A DNA stretch of 64,000 bases from the NCBI GenBank assembly GCA_947647735.1, contig CANSLJ010000002.1, forward strand, positions 143,147 through 207,146, in the 5' to 3' direction. The notes beneath the pieces were generated by a model. That model saw nothing but the letters and a program-made list of their open reading frames with translations. It did no database searches and was not told where the DNA came from. This DNA is from an uncultured bacterium (GTDB lineage Bacteria > Bacillota > Clostridia > Lachnospirales > Lachnospiraceae). Made by a program: the position numbers and the translations under genes. Positions 29,586 through 38,965 of this stretch are shown here, piece by piece; position 1 is the first letter of the stretch, and each line of letters opens with the position of its first letter.

Positions 29586-30323
29586 TCACTCCTCCCCGCT
29601 AAGATCCTCAATCTCATCATCCCAGTCGTCGTCCTCATCATCCAACTCTTCCTCATCCTTTCTCCCAGCAGGATGTTTCTCCCTGTAGATCTGCACCGCC
29701 GCATATCCGGCGATCAGTGCCGCAGCCCCTGAGATGATAAGCCCCATATTCCTTCTTGTCTTATTCCGGTTTTCCTCCGCAAGCCTCTCCGCTTCCTGCA
29801 GAACCCGCTGCTTCTCCAGCTCAGCCTCTCTCTCCGCTTCCTCTCTGGCTGCTCTCTCCGCCTCTGTTTCCAGCGCTGCACTTTCTTCTTCCTGCCGAAG
29901 AGCTTCCTCTTCCTCCAAGAGTTTTTGATGTTCTTCCTGCCCTTTCTGTGTCGCCGTCTCCAGCTCTTCTGCGAGCTGCTGTTTATCGCTCCCGTAGGGT
30001 ACCAGAAAATCCTCCCGGATATAGCCGCTTTGCCCCTGATACAGGATCTGCCGCCACTCTCCCTGTGTACCTGTCACAAAAACCATCGTTCCTTCCGATA
30101 AAAGCCCCAGACTCTCACTCTTGGTATCCGCCTCTTTTCTGACATTCACCTCCGAAGCCACCTGCATCATAACCGCTCCACTGTTCCCTGTAAACGCCGG
30201 CGTCGTCAAAGCCTCATCCTGCTCTGTCGCCCTCACAGACAATGTCATCCCCTGTTGCAGCAACAGAAACGACATCACTGTCAGAACGATCCATCTTTGA
30301 TATTTTCGTCCTCTTCTTTCCAT
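29586..30323 (-). CDS. Secreted SH3b-domain protein with coiled coil, C-terminal TM anchor and acidic tail
   Basis: Signal peptide; VNVR...W..I.Y.GQSGYI SH3b pattern; E/A/R-rich helix; TM; DE-rich end. Confidence 0.75.
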   Translation of the reverse strand: MERRGRKYQRWIVLTVMSFLLLQQGMTLSVRATEQDEALTTPAFTGNSGAVMMQVASEVNVRKEADTKSESLGLLSEGTMVFVTGTQGEWRQILYQGQSGYIREDFLVPYGSDKQQLAEELETATQKGQEEHQKLLEEEEALRQEEESAALETEAERAAREEAEREAELEKQRVLQEAERLAEENRNKTRRNMGLIISGAAALIAGYAAVQIYREKHPAGRKDEEELDDEDDDWDDEIEDLSGEE

Positions 30324-31383
30324 TTTCCTCAGTCCTTTTCTCACGCTTTTTATATTGCAATGCCGTACTCAAAAATGTGATATACCCCAGACTCGTCACG
30401 ACCTGCTGTGGGAAAAACGCAGATTGTATCAGATACAGCATGGATACAAGGCCAAACACCGGCCTTACACTTCCCTTTATCAGATATTTCTCATAAAGCC
30501 GCTTTCCGGATACTAACAGGAACACCACCAAAAGTACACAGCCCACCGCTTTATATTTCTGCATACACTGCACCATCGTCCCGCCTTTTCGGAGCCCTTC
30601 CCGAAAAAACAGCACGATCAAAATTCCTGCTATGGAATATCTGCATATTTTCTGAAACTCACGGAGCAGCCTTTTCGGCTCCTTCCTTCTATTATCCCAC
30701 CAGTTCATAAATCCTACCGCTGTAACAGAAAAGACAAGATACAGATAAACACTGTTCTCCAGACTGAAAATAAGCTTCACCTGAAAAAGGTTCAACCAGA
30801 AATCCGCCAGCGGCATAAAACAGAGCAGTCCAAAATACATGCAGATCAGTTCCAGCACCCGCCTGATCCGCCCGACAGAGGGTTTCATCAAAAGCGGAAT
30901 CAGTAAAAAAACAACAGCTCCCAGATAAACCGCTTCCACCGCCCCGCTGACAAACAAGCACAGCGATCCGAGCACTGCCATCACCATATATAGATACTGT
31001 TTTCCCTTTTTCTGTCTCCTGCAATACCCCGCTGAGGCAAGACACAGCACAAAAAGTGAAAAAGAGGCAAGCACTCTACTGTCTTCTATCAGAAATCCGA
31101 CACCAAAACTTAACGCCGGGTTCACCATATAATGCCACAGCACCAGATCACATAGAACAGAACAGATGACCAGCAAAGCAATAAGCTCTTTCTCCCCTAT
31201 CCTTTTCATCTCCCGCAGCGCAAAGTAGAAAACAGAAACCGACAGACATGTCAGAGCCGTCCAGTCATACTCTCCGTCAATCAGCCCCCTCCCGAAAAAT
31301 AACAGCAGATTCCAGAGGCAAAATAGCAGGACACAAAAATCATAAGGTTGTATGATTCGTTTTTTTGTTTTCATACTGTTCAT
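30214..31383 (-). CDS. Multi-pass membrane protein (degenerate O-antigen ligase-like)
   Basis: About 12 hydrophobic segments within a glycan locus; start uncertain (31374-31413). Confidence 0.5.
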   Translation of the reverse strand: MNSMKTKKRIIQPYDFCVLLFCLWNLLLFFGRGLIDGEYDWTALTCLSVSVFYFALREMKRIGEKELIALLVICSVLCDLVLWHYMVNPALSFGVGFLIEDSRVLASFSLFVLCLASAGYCRRQKKGKQYLYMVMAVLGSLCLFVSGAVEAVYLGAVVFLLIPLLMKPSVGRIRRVLELICMYFGLLCFMPLADFWLNLFQVKLIFSLENSVYLYLVFSVTAVGFMNWWDNRRKEPKRLLREFQKICRYSIAGILIVLFFREGLRKGGTMVQCMQKYKAVGCVLLVVFLLVSGKRLYEKYLIKGSVRPVFGLVSMLYLIQSAFFPQQVVTSLGYITFLSTALQYKKREKRTEENGKKRTKISKMDRSDSDVVSVAATGDDIVCEGDRAG

Positions 31384-32314
31384 ATTCCAATCGTCTTGTA
31401 TGATATTGGGCATCCTGCAGGATGCGCCTGTTTGCCGCTATCACGTCCGCCACCAGACCGATCATAAAAGTCAAAAAACCGATGATGATCAATGTGCAGC
31501 CTAAGATCAATGACTGGATATGTCCCCCTGCCCTTCCGATTGCCATGTACACCAGATATCTGGCGCCGATACCAAGCCCTAAAACCGTCGGCAGCATAGC
31601 CAAAAATGTAAAGCACCGCAGCGGCTTGTACATCATATAAGCCCGAATGATCGTCACAATAGATTTTTTCACGTATCCCCAGATACTCTTAAAAAGCCGG
31701 GAAGGACGAAGTTCCGCGTTGGTGCGGATTGGAACGCTTGTGATCGCAATCTTCTCCCTGCCCGCCTGCACGATCGTCTCCAAAGTATAGGTATAGTCGT
31801 TGACCACATTCATCCGCATGGCCGCCTCTCTGGAGAGCGCCCGGAAACCGCTGGGCGCATCGGGGATATCCGTGTTCGATGCCTTGCGCACCACCCAGCT
31901 TCCGAAATGCTGCAGCTTTTTCTTGATCAGGGAAAAATGCTCTGTCTCATCGATGGGCCGCTCCCCTATCACCATATCCGCCTTTCCGTCCAGAATCGGT
32001 TGTATCAGTTTTTGAATATCTTCCGCCCGGTACTGATTATCCGCATCCGTATTGACGATGATATCCGCCCCGTTTTTGAGACATCCGTCCAACCCCGCCA
32101 TAAATCCTTTCGCCAGCCCTTTATTCTGATGGAAAGAGACAATATGATGCACACCCCATTCTTTTGCCACTTTGACCGTCTCATCCCGGCTTCCGTCATC
32201 GATGATCAGATATTCTATTTCCTCTATTCCCTCCAGATGCTTCGGCAGATCGTTCAGCGCGATTTCCAGCGTTTCCGCCTCGTTATAGCATGGTATCTGA
32301 ATGATCAGTTTCAT
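31340..32314 (-). CDS. GT2 polyprenol-phosphate glycosyltransferase-like (DPM/GtrB-like)
   Basis: IPCYNE, DDGSRD, TDADNQY, DAPSGFR; two C-terminal TM helices. Confidence 0.85.
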   Translation of the reverse strand: MKLIIQIPCYNEAETLEIALNDLPKHLEGIEEIEYLIIDDGSRDETVKVAKEWGVHHIVSFHQNKGLAKGFMAGLDGCLKNGADIIVNTDADNQYRAEDIQKLIQPILDGKADMVIGERPIDETEHFSLIKKKLQHFGSWVVRKASNTDIPDAPSGFRALSREAAMRMNVVNDYTYTLETIVQAGREKIAITSVPIRTNAELRPSRLFKSIWGYVKKSIVTIIRAYMMYKPLRCFTFLAMLPTVLGLGIGARYLVYMAIGRAGGHIQSLILGCTLIIIGFLTFMIGLVADVIAANRRILQDAQYHTRRLEYEQYENKKTNHTTL

Positions 32315-32342
32315 CTTTTGTCCCTCACTCTGCTGAAATTCT

Positions 32343-34178
32343 TTATGGTTCTCTGTTGTAATAAATATACCAGCGTGTTGTCTCGGTCACCGTATCATAG
32401 ACATTGCCAAGCAGCTCCAAATCCTCAGCCCTCTCCTGCCTGATTTTTTCCCACTTCAGACGTTCCTCCTCATCCTCCGACTCCTGGACATGGATCTTAT
32501 CCACAAACACAAAGTCTGACTGCTTCAGGGCCGCGTCATTAAAGTCCTGTCCAACTGGCACCACATATACGCTGTTTTCTTTGAGAAAAAACTGAAGTCG
32601 GTCCGCCTCTCTCATATCCCGAAGATGATATACCGCCGCCCTTCTGCCCTCAGTCTCAATGCCATCTTCTATTTCCTGTGTCATTTCCGTGCTTTGCTGA
32701 AAAATCCTGTTCACCGGCACCACGATCTTTACAAAACTGATCCCAGCGATCGCGATCTGCAGTATCGCGATCAAAAACAGACAGTTAATCTTTTTTGTCT
32801 TTTTTATATACCAGATCAGTAATGCACACCCTGCCCCCAGAGCCGAGCCCACCATATAAACCGCCAACATGATATAGAGCACTCTGTTTCCAAAAAAATA
32901 GAATGCATACCCGACGCCGATCACCGAATGTCTCGCTACTTCCCGTATTTCATTCACCAAGATACTGCTTCTTGTCACAAAAAAAGCAGTAAACTGAAAC
33001 AGAATCCAACAGATAGTCCCTTCCTTCAGATGTTTTGTCTCAAGCATCTTCTTTATGCCCAAATATAAAAAACAGGGCAACAGAAACTCGTAATATCTAC
33101 CATAGATCATCCCGTCCAACCGTCCGGGAAAAATGCTGGTAAGCGCCGCCACAAACAACATGGCTGACAGCGTCAAACATAAAAAGCAGTAAAACAACTG
33201 TTCTCCGGTCAGTTTTTTATCCTGCCTGAAGGTCTTTAAAGCTTCCCGGAGCTTTTGTAAAACCGCCAATATCCCCCAAAAAAGAATGCCAAAACTGGCA
33301 CTGAAACCATAAAAAAGCTTTCCCATCAGGGAAACAGTAAAATTCCAGAACCCTTTTATGGAAAACAAATGTCTTATTTTTCCCACCTGTCCTGCATAAT
33401 CGTTGGCAACATTATCGTATACGATTTCTCCCACAGTCAGGCTTTCCATATATTTTTCTTTATAAAGCACTGCTCCCGCAGCCAATACCGCAAAAACCAA
33501 TATTGTGGCCGCAATCAGTACCACTTTTTTCTTTTTCTCCGCTTCCATCCCCATGGCTCCTGCAAGAACCATGAGAAAACACACAAACACCACGCCGACT
33601 GTACGCATATGCACCGTGTATAACCACACACTCAATATGCATAAAAGCAATGCTTTTTTCAGCGAAGGTTCTATCAGATAGTCTTTCATTCTGCTGGCGA
33701 TCAGCAAAAAGAGTAATGTCAGACAGGTTTCTGCCATCGTCGTCTGCACATATACCATATATGCTGCATAGAACATCACAACGCCGCTGATCACCGCAGC
33801 TTTTCTTTTTTCCGCCTCTGTGTTTCCCCCTCTTTTCCCCGAAAACATATCATATAGGAGAAATCCAGAGAACGCCATGCCCGTAAACTGAAGCAAAACC
33901 ACCAGTCTGTATCTAATCTGTGCCGATTGAAATAATCGCAGAATGGGCATCAGTATAAAACCATATCCAAAGGAATAGTACCCTTGCCTTGCCGATACCA
34001 TGCTCCAATCATATCCTGCCATTTTCGCCGCCTGTGCCCAATAGCCGTACTCGTCCGGTAATATGGAGACGCCTTGTATATATCTTATTGTAACTGCACA
34101 AAATACAAGCCAAAGAAGCGCACAGAAAAACAATATCCTGTACTCTCTCTCCAGCCGAAGTTTTTCCATTTTTATCAT
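32343..34178 (-). CDS. GT-C-like multi-pass membrane glycosyltransferase
   Basis: PDEYGYW after TM1; MAE, HMR and YGRY motifs; soluble C-terminal domain. Confidence 0.65.
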   Translation of the reverse strand: MIKMEKLRLEREYRILFFCALLWLVFCAVTIRYIQGVSILPDEYGYWAQAAKMAGYDWSMVSARQGYYSFGYGFILMPILRLFQSAQIRYRLVVLLQFTGMAFSGFLLYDMFSGKRGGNTEAEKRKAAVISGVVMFYAAYMVYVQTTMAETCLTLLFLLIASRMKDYLIEPSLKKALLLCILSVWLYTVHMRTVGVVFVCFLMVLAGAMGMEAEKKKKVVLIAATILVFAVLAAGAVLYKEKYMESLTVGEIVYDNVANDYAGQVGKIRHLFSIKGFWNFTVSLMGKLFYGFSASFGILFWGILAVLQKLREALKTFRQDKKLTGEQLFYCFLCLTLSAMLFVAALTSIFPGRLDGMIYGRYYEFLLPCFLYLGIKKMLETKHLKEGTICWILFQFTAFFVTRSSILVNEIREVARHSVIGVGYAFYFFGNRVLYIMLAVYMVGSALGAGCALLIWYIKKTKKINCLFLIAILQIAIAGISFVKIVVPVNRIFQQSTEMTQEIEDGIETEGRRAAVYHLRDMREADRLQFFLKENSVYVVPVGQDFNDAALKQSDFVFVDKIHVQESEDEEERLKWEKIRQERAEDLELLGNVYDTVTETTRWYIYYNREP

Positions 34179-34333
34179 TTATTTTCTCAATCTTATGTCT
34201 TTTCCGGAGGATAATGGGGGCAGCATAAAATTGCTGCCTTTCCTCCTTCCGGTCATGCCGCTTTCGTCGGCACGAAATAGGTGAGTATATTTATTATACC
34301 GTTATAGAACAGTATAAAGAATCAGCTCACTTC

Positions 34334-35101
34334 TTACATGCTTCCTGCAGGTACTTTTACCAGTGCAAGTACACCAAATCCGGGAAGCTCAAGTGTTACT
34401 GTTGCCGGATCTACATCCAGGTCTTTCAGTAATGTAACAACGCCGCCTTCCTGTACAAGGATTGCAGCAATCTGGGAGCCATCCTGCATAGCAGCAGGCA
34501 CGCCAAGCTGAATTGTTACAGGTGTTGCTGCGTGGATAATGCTCTCGCCGTTTACAAATGCATAAACGTCAATAGCTGTTACTTCCGTCGCCGGAATTCC
34601 CGCAACTGCCAGAGCCATCATGCCATCCTGAATGCTCTTTCTTGCATTCGGGCCGCACTTGGTATCAACCATACGCACTGTTAAGGATGCGCCTGCCGGT
34701 GCATTCAGTGCAGCAGCTACCGCTGACTTCGGTGTAACAATCGCTGTTCCGTTTAAAGCGCTGACTGCATATTCTCCGCCGATCGTTGATTTCACAACAG
34801 TCCCGTCGGATGCTGTAACACTCGGAGATGAATAACTTACACCTGATCCACCGCCTGAGCCGCCACTGGACCCCTTCGATGAAGAAGTTGTCGTTGTAGG
34901 CTTTGTGGTATTTCCACCAGGATTTGTAGGGTTCTCGGGCTGTGGCGTATCAGGTGTTGTCACCTCTTCCGGGGTTCCCGTCTGAGCCGCCTTTGTCGTC
35001 TGCCCTCCGTTTGTTGCACTTGCCCCCACAACCGGAGCCGTCGCCAGCACTACAGTCAATGCAAATACACCGATGTTTTTCAGTACTTTTTTGCTGACCA
35101 T
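34334..35101 (-). CDS. Secreted protein with Ser/Thr/Pro/Gly-rich linker
   Basis: Signal peptide (ending GASA), TTKPTTTTSSSKGSSGGSGGGSG linker, compact C-terminal domain. RBS AGGAGG. Confidence 0.75.
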   Translation of the reverse strand: MVSKKVLKNIGVFALTVVLATAPVVGASATNGGQTTKAAQTGTPEEVTTPDTPQPENPTNPGGNTTKPTTTTSSSKGSSGGSGGGSGVSYSSPSVTASDGTVVKSTIGGEYAVSALNGTAIVTPKSAVAAALNAPAGASLTVRMVDTKCGPNARKSIQDGMMALAVAGIPATEVTAIDVYAFVNGESIIHAATPVTIQLGVPAAMQDGSQIAAILVQEGGVVTLLKDLDVDPATVTLELPGFGVLALVKVPAGSM

Positions 35102-35193
35102 CTTCTTTTCCTCCTTCTTGAAAATTTATATATAACCGGCTCTGCCGAATATATATCTCCTCCCCTGTATCTCTATGGGATTATCCATTTATA

Positions 35194-35286
35194 GTTACTA
35201 TGTACATAGTAACATTTTTCAAGTGCTTTACAAACATAATACTATCAAGAAACGTATTAGTCAAGTAGTTACTGTTGATGTAGTAT
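35194..35286. promoter_or_regulatory. Palindromic operator sites in a divergent promoter region
   Basis: Perfect GTTACTATGTACATAGTAAC (35194-35213); related TTACTG-N6-TAGTAT (35269-35286); TTGACT-17-TATTAT on the - strand. Confidence 0.65.
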
Positions 35287-35304
35287 TAAAAAAAGGAGAA
35301 AAAA

Positions 35305-35601
35305 ATGAAGAATAATTTGCCAACTATACTGACAATTAAAGATTATGGACATATTGAGCTGAATTTGAAAAAGTACATGGAACTCTCCGGTTACAACCGA
35401 AGTTCACTGGCCCGTTCCATCAATACTCGTTTTGAGGTGGTTGATAAATGGTGCAATGGAACTGTGGAAAAAATTGATGCAGACGTCTTAGCCCGCATGT
35501 GTTATGTATTGGATTGTAAAGTAGGAGATATCCTTGTATATGTAGATGATACAGAAAATATAGAAAAAATGGAATCATCTGATAGGGCAATAGAAACTTA
35601 A
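35305..35601 (+). CDS. Cro/C1-type HTH transcriptional regulator
   Basis: LARSINTRFEVVDKW...LARMCYVLDCKVGDIL. RBS AAGGAG. Confidence 0.8.
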   Translation: MKNNLPTILTIKDYGHIELNLKKYMELSGYNRSSLARSINTRFEVVDKWCNGTVEKIDADVLARMCYVLDCKVGDILVYVDDTENIEKMESSDRAIET

Positions 35602-35613
35602 ACTGGTAAACAT

Positions 35614-35640
35614 TATGGGGGATAATTGATTCCCCCCATA
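35614..35640. terminator. Hairpin between convergent genes
   Basis: TATGGGGGA...TCCCCCCATA. Confidence 0.55.
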
Positions 35641-35641
35641 T

Positions 35642-36439
35642 TTATACAATTTTTCTTGATCCTTTTGCAAATTCCGGCATCACATCCCTGAAATACAACG
35701 GCAGAAACTGTCTCTGCAACGCCCTGTTCTCCCTGCTCTCAATCGATATCGTGTGACAGAACATCCGAAACAGGTCCTGATAGTATTCCTCCTGCGTGCT
35801 GATCCGCCCCGCCATACCCGCATCCAGTTCCAGTGCATCCATCATATACCAGTCCTTCTGCTTTTCATGAAAGAGCACCTTCCTGCGGTTCATATCGTAG
35901 ATCAGGAAATTTTCCAGAGGCAGCCTGTCCGAGAAGTGAGGCCCCAGATACATCAATACATCATTTTTCGGATGGATCTTTGCAAGAAGTACGCCGCCCT
36001 CCAGCTCCTGAAACCGCAGAAATTCCAGTTCCCGGTGAATCTCACCGCCCACGTTTCTCTTTAAATCAAAGCATCTTGCCACATAGGGATTCATCACCTT
36101 ATCCAGCACCCGGAAACCCTGTTTCATCGAAAGCCCTTCCACGATCGTCTTATAGACAGCCTCCGCCTTATCCGCCTCGTGGGAAGCCATCGCATAGCAG
36201 AGGCACTCATATACCTCCTCCCCCAGCTTCCTCCGCAGTGTTCTGATCACCTTTCCCGCTTTTACCGGATCTGTCGGAGTCTCCCTGTAAACACAGAATA
36301 ATTCCGGTTGTCCCAATTCTGTCTGTAACCTGCAATGGTCATGCCCCAGCCCGGAGGAAAGCGCCTCCACCCAGGCGTCATATACACCTGTCAGAATCCC
36401 TTCTATATTATTTTCACAGATAAATACTATTGTTTCCAT
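35642..36439 (-). CDS. TIGR03915/DUF4130 putative DNA repair protein
   Basis: EGILTGVYDAW, EIHRELEFLRF, HFSDRLP, IESREN..LQRQFLP..F; follows the radical SAM gene. Confidence 0.8.
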   Translation of the reverse strand: METIVFICENNIEGILTGVYDAWVEALSSGLGHDHCRLQTELGQPELFCVYRETPTDPVKAGKVIRTLRRKLGEEVYECLCYAMASHEADKAEAVYKTIVEGLSMKQGFRVLDKVMNPYVARCFDLKRNVGGEIHRELEFLRFQELEGGVLLAKIHPKNDVLMYLGPHFSDRLPLENFLIYDMNRRKVLFHEKQKDWYMMDALELDAGMAGRISTQEEYYQDLFRMFCHTISIESRENRALQRQFLPLYFRDVMPEFAKGSRKIV

Positions 36440-36555
36440 TTTGATTCCTATCCTGTCCGCTTTCAATCGACGGCTGGAAGCGATGACCTCAATATAGCTG
36501 TCCGGTCTTCGGTTCCTCACTGACATCTGCATACCATGACAGTTCACTGCATATC

Positions 36556-38079
36556 TTATCCGCCATGTACTCTCTGACTCCCGCCTGCTGCCATCGTGTA
36601 CATGGTATCATCAAAAAGGGACAACTGCTTATAAGTAACTTCCCTGCCGTTTATGATATCCGGCAAAACCGGACGTTTATTGTCCACATCCAGCAGATTC
36701 CTTGTAATATAATCCTCTTCAATCCTTGTGCGGTACATCATCTTCCCGTTACAGCAGATAAAATACAGCGCCCGCTTCAACACCACACCGATCTTCTTCA
36801 GATCCTCAAACTGCAGATTTCCCAGCCGCCTGCCTCTGACGATCCGCTGTGCCGATTTCACACCGATCCCCGGCACCCGCAGCAGCATCTCATAGGGCGC
36901 ACGGTTCACCTCCATCGGGAACAGTTCCAGATGCCTGAGCGCCCAGTCACATTTCGGATCAAGCAATACATTAAAATTCGGGCGCTCCTCCGATAACAGT
37001 TCCCCAGCCTCAAAGCCATAATAGCGCAGCAGAAAATCCGCCTGATACAACCTGTGTTCCCGAAGAAGCGGCGGTCCCCCGGGCAATGCTGGGAGCGTCT
37101 TATCCTCATTTACTCTGACAAAAGCCGAGTAAAACACTCTCTTTAACCCGAATTTCTGATACAGGGATTCCGCCACCGAAACGATCTGGTAATCATTCTC
37201 CGGCGTTGCCCCGATGATCATCTGGGTAGATTGCCCCGCCGGTACAAACTGCGGCGCATGCCTGTAAAGCGCCATTTCCTCCTTACTGTTCACAATACCA
37301 TTCTGAATCTGCCGCATAGGCTTTAAGATCGTTTTCCTGCTCTTATTCGGCGCAAGGTTCCGAAGCCCTTCCGCCGTAGGCAGTTCCAGATTCACGCTCA
37401 TTCTATCTACCAAAAGCCCCAGCCGGTAAACAATCTGTGCGTCCGCTCCCGGGATCGCCTTCACATGAATATACCCCTCAAACCGGTAAAGATTGCGCAG
37501 CTTCCAGATCGCCGTATAGATCAGTTCCATTGTATAGGAAGGATCTCTTATAATACCCGAACTCAGAAACAATCCCTCAATATAATTCCTCTTATAAAAA
37601 TTCATCGTCAGCTCGCAGATCTCCTCCGGCGTAAAAGCCGTCCGCTCCACATCATTGCTTACCCTATTCACACAATACTTACAGTCATAAATGCAATAAT
37701 TCGTAAACAGTATCTTCAAAAGAGAAATACACCTGCCGTCCGCCGAAAAACTATGACAGATCCCCGCCAGCTTCGTATTCCCCATCCCTTTTCCGCTGCC
37801 TTTCCGTTCCACCCCGCTGCTCGTACAGGCCACATCATACTTCGCCGCATCCGTCAGAATCCGCAGCTTCTCCATCACCGAAAGCTGCCCATTCCCGCTC
37901 CCGACCGGAAGATATCTCTTTTCCGGAACTGCCTCCGCCGGATCTTCCCACCCCGAAACCATCCCCGACAGATCCTTCCCCACAACATCCGCCTCAATCT
38001 CGCCTTTCCCGTCATCTCCCCCTATATCCGAACATCCTATTCTATTTTCTCTTCCAAATTGTTTTCTCTCCATTTCCAT
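36556..38079 (-). CDS. Putative DNA modification/repair radical SAM protein (TIGR03916-like)
   Basis: KLRILTDAAKYDVAC, NYCIYDCKYC, REHRLYQAD and the HhH motif LLRVPGIG. True start may be downstream. Confidence 0.88.
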   Translation of the reverse strand: MEMERKQFGRENRIGCSDIGGDDGKGEIEADVVGKDLSGMVSGWEDPAEAVPEKRYLPVGSGNGQLSVMEKLRILTDAAKYDVACTSSGVERKGSGKGMGNTKLAGICHSFSADGRCISLLKILFTNYCIYDCKYCVNRVSNDVERTAFTPEEICELTMNFYKRNYIEGLFLSSGIIRDPSYTMELIYTAIWKLRNLYRFEGYIHVKAIPGADAQIVYRLGLLVDRMSVNLELPTAEGLRNLAPNKSRKTILKPMRQIQNGIVNSKEEMALYRHAPQFVPAGQSTQMIIGATPENDYQIVSVAESLYQKFGLKRVFYSAFVRVNEDKTLPALPGGPPLLREHRLYQADFLLRYYGFEAGELLSEERPNFNVLLDPKCDWALRHLELFPMEVNRAPYEMLLRVPGIGVKSAQRIVRGRRLGNLQFEDLKKIGVVLKRALYFICCNGKMMYRTRIEEDYITRNLLDVDNKRPVLPDIINGREVTYKQLSLFDDTMYTMAAGGSQRVHGG

Positions 38080-38090
38080 AGTATTATATT

Positions 38091-38104
38091 AGAACAAACG
38101 TTCG
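38091..38104 (-). promoter_or_regulatory. LexA (SOS/Cheo) box
   Basis: GAAC-AAAC-GTTC (38092-38103), between TTGACA (38114-38109) and the -10 region of the radical SAM gene. Confidence 0.8.
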
Positions 38105-38149
38105 ATTATGTCAACAAAAATTTTATAAATCAGTCTGAGCTCGCACCCA

Positions 38150-38280
38150 GCCCGGACAAAAAATATCCCTTACACAGCTCTGCTAAACGCCGGCACTTGG
38201 CGAGGTATTTTCGAGCCTAGTACCGCTGCGTTTAGCCCGAAGCGAAAGCGTGCTGTGTAAGGGATATTTTTTGTCCGGGC
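38150..38280 (-). repeat. Structured intergenic repeat, copy 3
   Basis: Perfect 29-bp arms 38150-38178 and 38252-38280; same core at 38188-38230. Confidence 0.85.
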
Positions 38281-38295
38281 GTCCACCGTCTCAAC

Positions 38296-38931
38296 CTACG
38301 AAAACAATTTTTGTCTCACCTGCTCCCTCCTGCTGCACCCCAACTTCTCAAATATATTGGAAACATGCTTCTTCACAGTCCCCTCCGAAATACAAAGATT
38401 CTCCGCGATCTCCCCGTTGCTCATCCCCTGGCAGATCAGGATCGCGATCTCGCATTCCCTCCTGGTCAGTCCCAGCTCCTGAAAGACCGCATAACTCTCA
38501 CTCACCGTCACTTCCTTAAAACTGCCCTCTCCCCGCTCCTTTGCCGTAACATCCTCCTTCTCCTCTTTCTTCGGTTCCTGAGCAAAAACACTCCAGATAC
38601 AGACACCGTAAAAAACAGGCCGCAGACAAAGCGCCATCTCCGCAAACAGTTCCTCCCTGTTCTGCAGCTGCTCCATCACCCTCATGCAGAGCAGAAAACT
38701 CTCCAGAAATCCCGCCCACAAGGCACAAAAGGAGATGCGCCGCAGCCTCTGCAGCGTTGTCTCCCCCTCCGTCTTTTCCCCGAGAGAGGGGAGCAGGAGA
38801 AGCCCCGTTCCGAGCAGAAAGATCAAAAACTGTTTCCCGTCAAATAATTTTTCCAGCCTGAACTCAAAGAAGATTGACATTAAAAGAAGATAACAGGCAG
38901 TCACCCCAAACCTTTTTATTATGTTCAACAT
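38296..38931 (-). CDS. Membrane-bound LuxR-family regulator with MotA-like TM domain
   Basis: C-terminal LTRRECEIA...GMSNGEIAENLCISEGTVKKHVSNIFEKLG; 4-TM N-terminus. Start taken at MLNII. Confidence 0.8.
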   Translation of the reverse strand: MLNIIKRFGVTACYLLLMSIFFEFRLEKLFDGKQFLIFLLGTGLLLLPSLGEKTEGETTLQRLRRISFCALWAGFLESFLLCMRVMEQLQNREELFAEMALCLRPVFYGVCIWSVFAQEPKKEEKEDVTAKERGEGSFKEVTVSESYAVFQELGLTRRECEIAILICQGMSNGEIAENLCISEGTVKKHVSNIFEKLGCSRREQVRQKLFS

Positions 38932-38965
38932 ACTCGTCACGCCCCACTTTCGGCCTCCGTCACCA

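Noticed and set aside
34203-34275. Hairpins between the secreted-protein gene and the GT-C-like gene
   Set aside because: Plausible terminator or processing stems; no core motif and no riboswitch consensus recognised.
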